Assembly (NCBI GenBank): GCA_002368175.1
Contig: AP018172.1
Coordinates: forward strand, 221,599-285,598
Source: Calothrix sp. NIES-2098
GTDB lineage: Bacteria; Cyanobacteriota; Cyanobacteriia; Cyanobacteriales; Nostocaceae
DNA length: 64,000 nucleotides
Direction: 5' to 3'
The translations under genes and the position numbers were made by a program. Numbering within the stretch: position 1 is the stretch's first letter; the number at the start of each line of letters is the position of its first letter. The notes beneath the pieces were generated by a model. The model worked only from the letters and a program-made list of their open reading frames with translations. It was not told the origin of the DNA and searched no databases. Below, in pieces: positions 59,047 through 64,000 of the stretch.

Positions 59047-61380
59047 ATGGAGCAAGGAATCCGATTACTTATACAGTTAGTCATAGAGTTTGCACCCGTT
59101 ATTGTATCTTTCATCCAAAAGCGGATGGAGACCAGTGTAAATGCTACTAATTACGAAATTCCCCTGACAATTTCTGAATCAGATCCATCCTTAAATATAG
59201 TCGCGTCAAATTTTAACTATGAAGTAGGATTGGCGCAAGGAAAACGTCTGCAACATCAATTAGCTGTTTATCAACATCAAACTTTATTAGAAATAACTCA
59301 AAAAGAGCGAGAAACTGCACTTAAGTTACCAGAAGTTCACAAAATTCTAGAAAGCTGGCCTTTAAGGTTATATCCTTCTCAGATTTTAGAATCTTACAGT
59401 AATTATGGACGTGTCCCGTTAAAAATTTTTATTGCTCCTCCACAACTGGAATATGACAGATTTGCTAAAAAAAATGAAGTAATTCCAGAAGTTGAGTTAA
59501 TGTTAGCTGAAGGTTTAAGAGACTTTATTACCAAGCATTACTCGCTCCACAATTCAGTTAGACCAACAGAATTTTTAGCAGGTGCATGGGATAGTAAACG
59601 TTTTCATAGTGAGTCCAGTATTAAGGCTCTGTTTAGTATGTTGAAAACAGAGCCTATTTTAATATTAGAATCAGAGCATGATGGAGATTATCTGAATTGT
59701 CGGATTGCTTATTGGGGATTAGGACAAGGCAATTATTACTATAAAACTATTTCAAGATTGCCTTATAAGCAAATTTTAGAAGATTCTGCGAAAAGCCGAG
59801 CTTTAGAATGGCAGAAAATTAGAGATGAATTGTTATTGCTTGGAGAAGATTTAGAGGAAATCAATAATATTGGTAGAGATAACGTCAGAAATTTAGCAAT
59901 TTTAGAAAAAGCAGAAAAATGGCAAAAACAAGGTATTGATATTAATAAATTATCGCTGGAATATGAAATCAATCATCAGGATTTTGAAAGACTTTGCCAA
60001 GTATTAATCAAATGTCATTGTTTGATTGCTAGCTGGGTGGCGGATATTTATCATCTAATTCATCACGATGTACCTCCCCTACTACCAGGATTACTGATGA
60101 ATTTGGTTGACGATACTTTGGATTTACAATCGGTAGCAACAATAGCTACAGGCTATCAACAAGTTTACCAAGCACTAGAGCAGGAGCGACGTTACTGGAT
60201 TCCAGAGTTAGCTTTGCAATTAGCTGTAAGTTTATCTTACTTAAGCGATCGCTCTTGGGCAAAGGAACAGGTTGAGTATTCGATCGAGACATGGTTGCAA
60301 CTGCGCCAAGTTTCACTACCAGAGGGAAAACATCCCTTAGAGGTAATGCAATCTGCACTGAGAATCGAAGATCGGGAATATTTGACCAAGTTAAAAGAAT
60401 ATTTTACAGCTGTTGACGATCGCCAAAGTCTTCTGGAAGTTGAAAAGATGTTACAAGCGATCGCTAATCTCAATTCCCAACCTAGCCTAGAATCTGCAAC
60501 TCTTCTTCATACCCTCACCGGACATACAGGGGATATATCATCAATTGCCATCGCTCCAGATGGAGAAATGTTAGTCAGTGGTGGTGCAGATAAAACTATC
60601 AAGGTATGGAATCTTCAGAAAGGCGAACTTATTCGCACTCTCACAGAGAATTTAGGAGAAATTTCCTCTGTAGCTGTGAGTTGTGATGGTAATTACTTGG
60701 CTGTCGGTAGCTGTCAACATCCTAAAAGTAATGTCAAAGTATGGCATTTAAAAACAGGTAAACTACTGCATACGCTTTTAGGGCATCAAAAACCTGTTAA
60801 AGTTGTAGTCATTAGCCCAGATGGCCAGCTGCTTGCTAGTGGCAGTCATAAAATCAAGATTTGGCATTTGCATAAAGGCGATCGCATTTGTACTCTTTGG
60901 CATTCATCCGCAGTTGATGCTGCTGCTATCAGCCCTGATGGTACTATCCTTGCGAGTGGCAGTTCTGATAGTAAAATCAGGCTATGGAATCCACGTACTG
61001 GCGATCCATTACGCACGCTCATCGGTCACAGTGGTGGGATAAAATCTTTAGCTATCAGCCCTGATGGTACAATGCTCTTTAGCGGTAGTGTGGATACAAC
61101 CATCAAAATTTGGCATTTGATTACCGGGAAATTATTAGATACCTTGGCTGGACACTCCGATGAGGTAAAATCCATCGCTGTTAGTTCTGATGGAGAAATA
61201 CTTTGGAGTAGTAGTGCAGATACAACTATTAAAATGTGGCGACTTTCCACAGGCGAACTGCTGTATACACTTACCGGACATTCACAAGAAGTCAATTCTA
61301 TTGCTTTAAGTGCAAATGGTAAATTTCTAGCTAGTGGTAGTGCCGATCGCACAATTAAAATCTGGCAGATAACTGCGTGA
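59047..61380 (+). CDS. WD40-repeat protein (7 blades) with an uncharacterised N-terminal domain of about 480 aa
   Basis: C-terminal LHTLTGHTGDISSIAIAPDGEMLVSGGADKTIKVWNL... x7 are canonical WD40 units. The N-terminal region has no P-loop or other recognisable motif. AGGAAA RBS before the ATG at 59047. The ORF track starts at TTG 59029. Confidence 0.7.
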   Translation: MEQGIRLLIQLVIEFAPVIVSFIQKRMETSVNATNYEIPLTISESDPSLNIVASNFNYEVGLAQGKRLQHQLAVYQHQTLLEITQKERETALKLPEVHKILESWPLRLYPSQILESYSNYGRVPLKIFIAPPQLEYDRFAKKNEVIPEVELMLAEGLRDFITKHYSLHNSVRPTEFLAGAWDSKRFHSESSIKALFSMLKTEPILILESEHDGDYLNCRIAYWGLGQGNYYYKTISRLPYKQILEDSAKSRALEWQKIRDELLLLGEDLEEINNIGRDNVRNLAILEKAEKWQKQGIDINKLSLEYEINHQDFERLCQVLIKCHCLIASWVADIYHLIHHDVPPLLPGLLMNLVDDTLDLQSVATIATGYQQVYQALEQERRYWIPELALQLAVSLSYLSDRSWAKEQVEYSIETWLQLRQVSLPEGKHPLEVMQSALRIEDREYLTKLKEYFTAVDDRQSLLEVEKMLQAIANLNSQPSLESATLLHTLTGHTGDISSIAIAPDGEMLVSGGADKTIKVWNLQKGELIRTLTENLGEISSVAVSCDGNYLAVGSCQHPKSNVKVWHLKTGKLLHTLLGHQKPVKVVVISPDGQLLASGSHKIKIWHLHKGDRICTLWHSSAVDAAAISPDGTILASGSSDSKIRLWNPRTGDPLRTLIGHSGGIKSLAISPDGTMLFSGSVDTTIKIWHLITGKLLDTLAGHSDEVKSIAVSSDGEILWSSSADTTIKMWRLSTGELLYTLTGHSQEVNSIALSANGKFLASGSADRTIKIWQITA

Positions 61381-61395
61381 AGCAATAAATTAATA

Positions 61396-61641
61396 TTATT
61401 GTAGATTTTCAATGCCAATAATCTCGCGATCGCCTGAAATCTCGTTGCGAGTGTGAAAAGTGAAATGTCGTTGCTGTTGTAATTGTTGCCACTCTTGTTG
61501 CAATTCTGCATGAGGATACGTACCAGCATTGAGCATTTCTAGCATTGGCGGCCATACTACTTTAAGAATGTGTAAATCGCCAACAAAGAGTTTAAAACGA
61601 CCGATGTTAGCGATCGCATAAATTCTATAACTCATAAACAA
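61396..61641 (-). CDS. Small hypothetical ORF (81 aa)
   Basis: ORF only. Confidence 0.2.
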   Translation of the reverse strand: MFMSYRIYAIANIGRFKLFVGDLHILKVVWPPMLEMLNAGTYPHAELQQEWQQLQQQRHFTFHTRNEISGDREIIGIENLQ

Positions 61642-61790
61642 GGCAAAATTAATAACTCTTGTTTTGGCTGAAAAATATTCATAAATATGATAATTTTTGG
61701 CTAAAAATAAAACTCAGTAGTTAATTGCAAACATCCATATCTATATTAATTTGTAGGGTAAGGCAATACCTACCCTACTGCTGACGATGC

Positions 61791-63827
61791 TTACCCTTCA
61801 AGCGTTCGCGAATATACTGGTTTACCTTGAGAATCGTAGACAAACAAAGATAGTTGAGCATTATCACTAATTACTCCCAGCGCTTGCTGTAACATTTGTA
61901 GGTGTTGATTACCATCAGCAATTACATTTGATTTTGGAGGATTAGCATTAGCTGAAGTACTTTGTCGTGCTAGGTCATATTCACGAGTTAACTGCACAGT
62001 AATTCCGCGATTATCTATAGTAAAAGTACAAATCCGCATTCCATTAGTACAAAGTTTATTGAGATCGGTGCGGGTTTGCTGCAAACTATTGACAGTTTCT
62101 AATTTTGCTTGTGCTTGTTTCAGGGCAGCAGAGTAGGGTTCGATTAGAGGTTGAGTCAAACGATATTGAAAGCTATCTTCAGAAATTTGTTTAGCAGACT
62201 GCACAGCTTGTTCCCATTGAAGTACAGCTGGTTGCCATTGTTGCTTTTGCTCGTAAGCCTTAGCTTGCTTGGCAGCGTTAATAGCTTGTTGGTAAGTTTT
62301 AAAAGCTAATTGTTCTTTTGTAGCGCGATCGCGTGCTGCTGCTAATTTTGGTTTATATTCTCCTAATAGAGCTTGTGCTTCTTGGTATGCTGAACTGGTA
62401 CGGGGAATAATATTCAATGCATTAACCGCTACCTGCCAAGTAGCCTGCAACTTTTGTAAATCACGCAAGGATTTTATATTGGCTTCTTGCTGGCTAGCTG
62501 CATTAGCTACAGCTTTAGAAGCATTCAGTTTTTTTAACCATTTTTCTGCCCCTAGCAATTGCTGGTTCACAGCGTTTAACTCAGCACGATAGCCAAGTAA
62601 TCTTACTTGAGCCAAATTGTATAATTCGCTATTAGTACCAATAGCTTCTAATGGTGTAATCGCTTGTCGCCAAAGTTTTTGTCTAGCTTGTAATTCCTCT
62701 AGGCTGTTGCTAGGGGTTTTACCTTTACTCATCGCCAAGGATGCTGCTTGTAAAGCTTTTACCACTCGATCGATTTTTTCTGATGACCCAGATAAACTTG
62801 CTTTTAGTTCCTCGGCTTTTTGGTATTGAGGAGACCAAGAAGGAATCTGTTCTAAGTCTAAGCTAGACGCTTCTAATTGCTGTTGCACTGTTACTAATTC
62901 TTTTTCAGATTTAGCCTTGCGCATCAATTGTCTAGATTCCGTTTTTAATTGCTCGGCAGTTTGGATTGCTTTACACTCTGAGAGGACACAAGGAGTAGCC
63001 AAAAGGTAAGCTCCGCCAGCTAACACGACAATTCCGACACAAGCTGCACCAATCAACATTGCTTTGATTGGTTTTGCTGGTTTAGTAGTTAATAAATCTG
63101 GTGAGCCAGCAAAGGGATCGAACGGTTCTTCATGCTCAGTTTCATCAGATGAAGCAGCTGATTTAGAAGATGCGAAGGGTGACTCAGCTTCATCCATAAA
63201 AGAAGTAGCTGATTTAGAAGATGCGAATGGTGACTCAGCCTCATCCATGAACGAAGTAGCTGATTTAGAAGATGCGAATGGTGATTCAGCCTCATCGATT
63301 GATACTTCTGAGAAAGGACGCGCGAATGGCGAATCAAGCTCATTGCTTGATGGAGTTGCTGGGATGCTTTGTGCAAATGCTGACTCAGCCTCGTTGCTTG
63401 ATGCTGCTGAGGTAGGGAGAGAGAAGGGAGGAAAAATTAATTTTTTACCAGAGGATTTATCGGTAGATTCTTCTAAGTCAGGCGCTTGTAAAGTCGGGTA
63501 GAGATTAATTTCATCGATTTCTACCCTCTGACTAATATAGAGGGAACGTTTGGTATAAGGACGTTTTTCACCCAATACTCTTAGAAAGCATTCTACAGTT
63601 TGCTCTCCTTGAGTTGACAGCGACCGGATTGTGTCTTCAATTACTTGAAAGACTATTTGTGTGTCAACTGTTAAACCTACTGGATGTTGAATTAGTACCA
63701 TTAGTCCGTCATTATTGACGGCACACTTCACTTGGAAGACTCCGCCAGATGGAACTTCGGCCAGGAATATTTCCTGCAAAGTTTTGGTTAACAGCTGTAA
63801 GTCTTCCTGCTGAACTGCTACTGTCAT
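61791..63827 (-). CDS. Hypothetical membrane protein: cytoplasmic N-domain, Ser/Ala/Glu-rich tandem 17-aa repeats, one TM, and a large extracytoplasmic coiled-coil/helical domain
   Basis: MTVAVQQEDLQLLTKTLQEIF.... FMDEAESPFASSKSATS occurs three times. TM is AMLIGAACVGIVVLAGGAYLLA. About 400 aa of Ala/Gln/Lys-rich helical repeats follow. Start assumed at 63827; the ORF track extends to 63914. Confidence 0.5.
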   Translation of the reverse strand: MTVAVQQEDLQLLTKTLQEIFLAEVPSGGVFQVKCAVNNDGLMVLIQHPVGLTVDTQIVFQVIEDTIRSLSTQGEQTVECFLRVLGEKRPYTKRSLYISQRVEIDEINLYPTLQAPDLEESTDKSSGKKLIFPPFSLPTSAASSNEAESAFAQSIPATPSSNELDSPFARPFSEVSIDEAESPFASSKSATSFMDEAESPFASSKSATSFMDEAESPFASSKSAASSDETEHEEPFDPFAGSPDLLTTKPAKPIKAMLIGAACVGIVVLAGGAYLLATPCVLSECKAIQTAEQLKTESRQLMRKAKSEKELVTVQQQLEASSLDLEQIPSWSPQYQKAEELKASLSGSSEKIDRVVKALQAASLAMSKGKTPSNSLEELQARQKLWRQAITPLEAIGTNSELYNLAQVRLLGYRAELNAVNQQLLGAEKWLKKLNASKAVANAASQQEANIKSLRDLQKLQATWQVAVNALNIIPRTSSAYQEAQALLGEYKPKLAAARDRATKEQLAFKTYQQAINAAKQAKAYEQKQQWQPAVLQWEQAVQSAKQISEDSFQYRLTQPLIEPYSAALKQAQAKLETVNSLQQTRTDLNKLCTNGMRICTFTIDNRGITVQLTREYDLARQSTSANANPPKSNVIADGNQHLQMLQQALGVISDNAQLSLFVYDSQGKPVYSRTLEG

Positions 63828-64000
63828 AGAGCGTTCCCGCTGTTCTTCTATATTGTTTTTCTTATCTTCGAGACTGGGAAAGGTAGGACTTTCGTTTGTT
63901 GAATGCAGATGCACAGTTTAACCAACCAGAGCCAGATAATCAGATTGACCAACTTTCTAACACAAATTCTGAGTTTTCACCAAAAATCAAAAAAGCAGAG

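Overview
This window looks like a chromosomal segment from a filamentous cyanobacterium, probably Nostocales. The sequence shows abundant HIP1 octamers (GCGATCGC), an SLH-anchored protein and a panC–cmk fusion gene. Cyanobacterial origin is inferred from those; no search was possible. GC content is moderate (~40–45%), and AT-rich intergenic regions are common.

From start to end the window holds:
- a partial amino-acid permease;
- a stress cluster: a GlsB/YeaQ membrane protein, Mn-catalase and a DUF3891 protein;
- an aspartoacylase gene divergent from a LysR regulator;
- a long run of redox and detoxification genes: creatininase-family, ArsR divergent from thioredoxin, SDR, an OYE ene-reductase, nitroreductase, MFS transporter, a second SDR, a methyltransferase and a YfcG-like GST;
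- a MITE inserted into a palindromic repeat, then a cupin;
- an IS630-family element with a textbook -1 frameshift site;
- an SLH + GHL10 cell-wall hydrolase;
- a divergent WD40/HEAT-like pair;
- a DUF433 antitoxin-like gene with a decayed DUF5615 partner;
- smc followed by a PRC-barrel gene;
- secreted and TPR proteins, Fe-SOD, bifunctional panC/cmk, rlpA and glutaminase;
- an AT-rich island of hypothetical membrane coiled-coil proteins beside an IS1595-like transposase fragment;
- a WGR + beta-propeller protein;
- a type I secretion operon (HlyD, a cNMP-binding/C39-like ABC exporter and a cytoplasmic parvulin-like PPIase) divergent from a CAP-RTX substrate with two CAP domains;
- a secreted protein built from internal repeats, a second GHL10 protein, a site-2 protease and a second OYE;
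- a lone receiver domain, a WD40 protein with a large uncharacterised N-terminal domain, and a membrane coiled-coil protein.

No rRNA, tRNA or CRISPR array was found. The best candidates for undescribed biology are the T1SS/CAP-RTX/PPIase module, the AT-rich island with coiled-coil membrane proteins, and several domain fusions of unknown function (WGR–propeller, PD-(D/E)xK-like–TPR, the repeat-built secreted protein).
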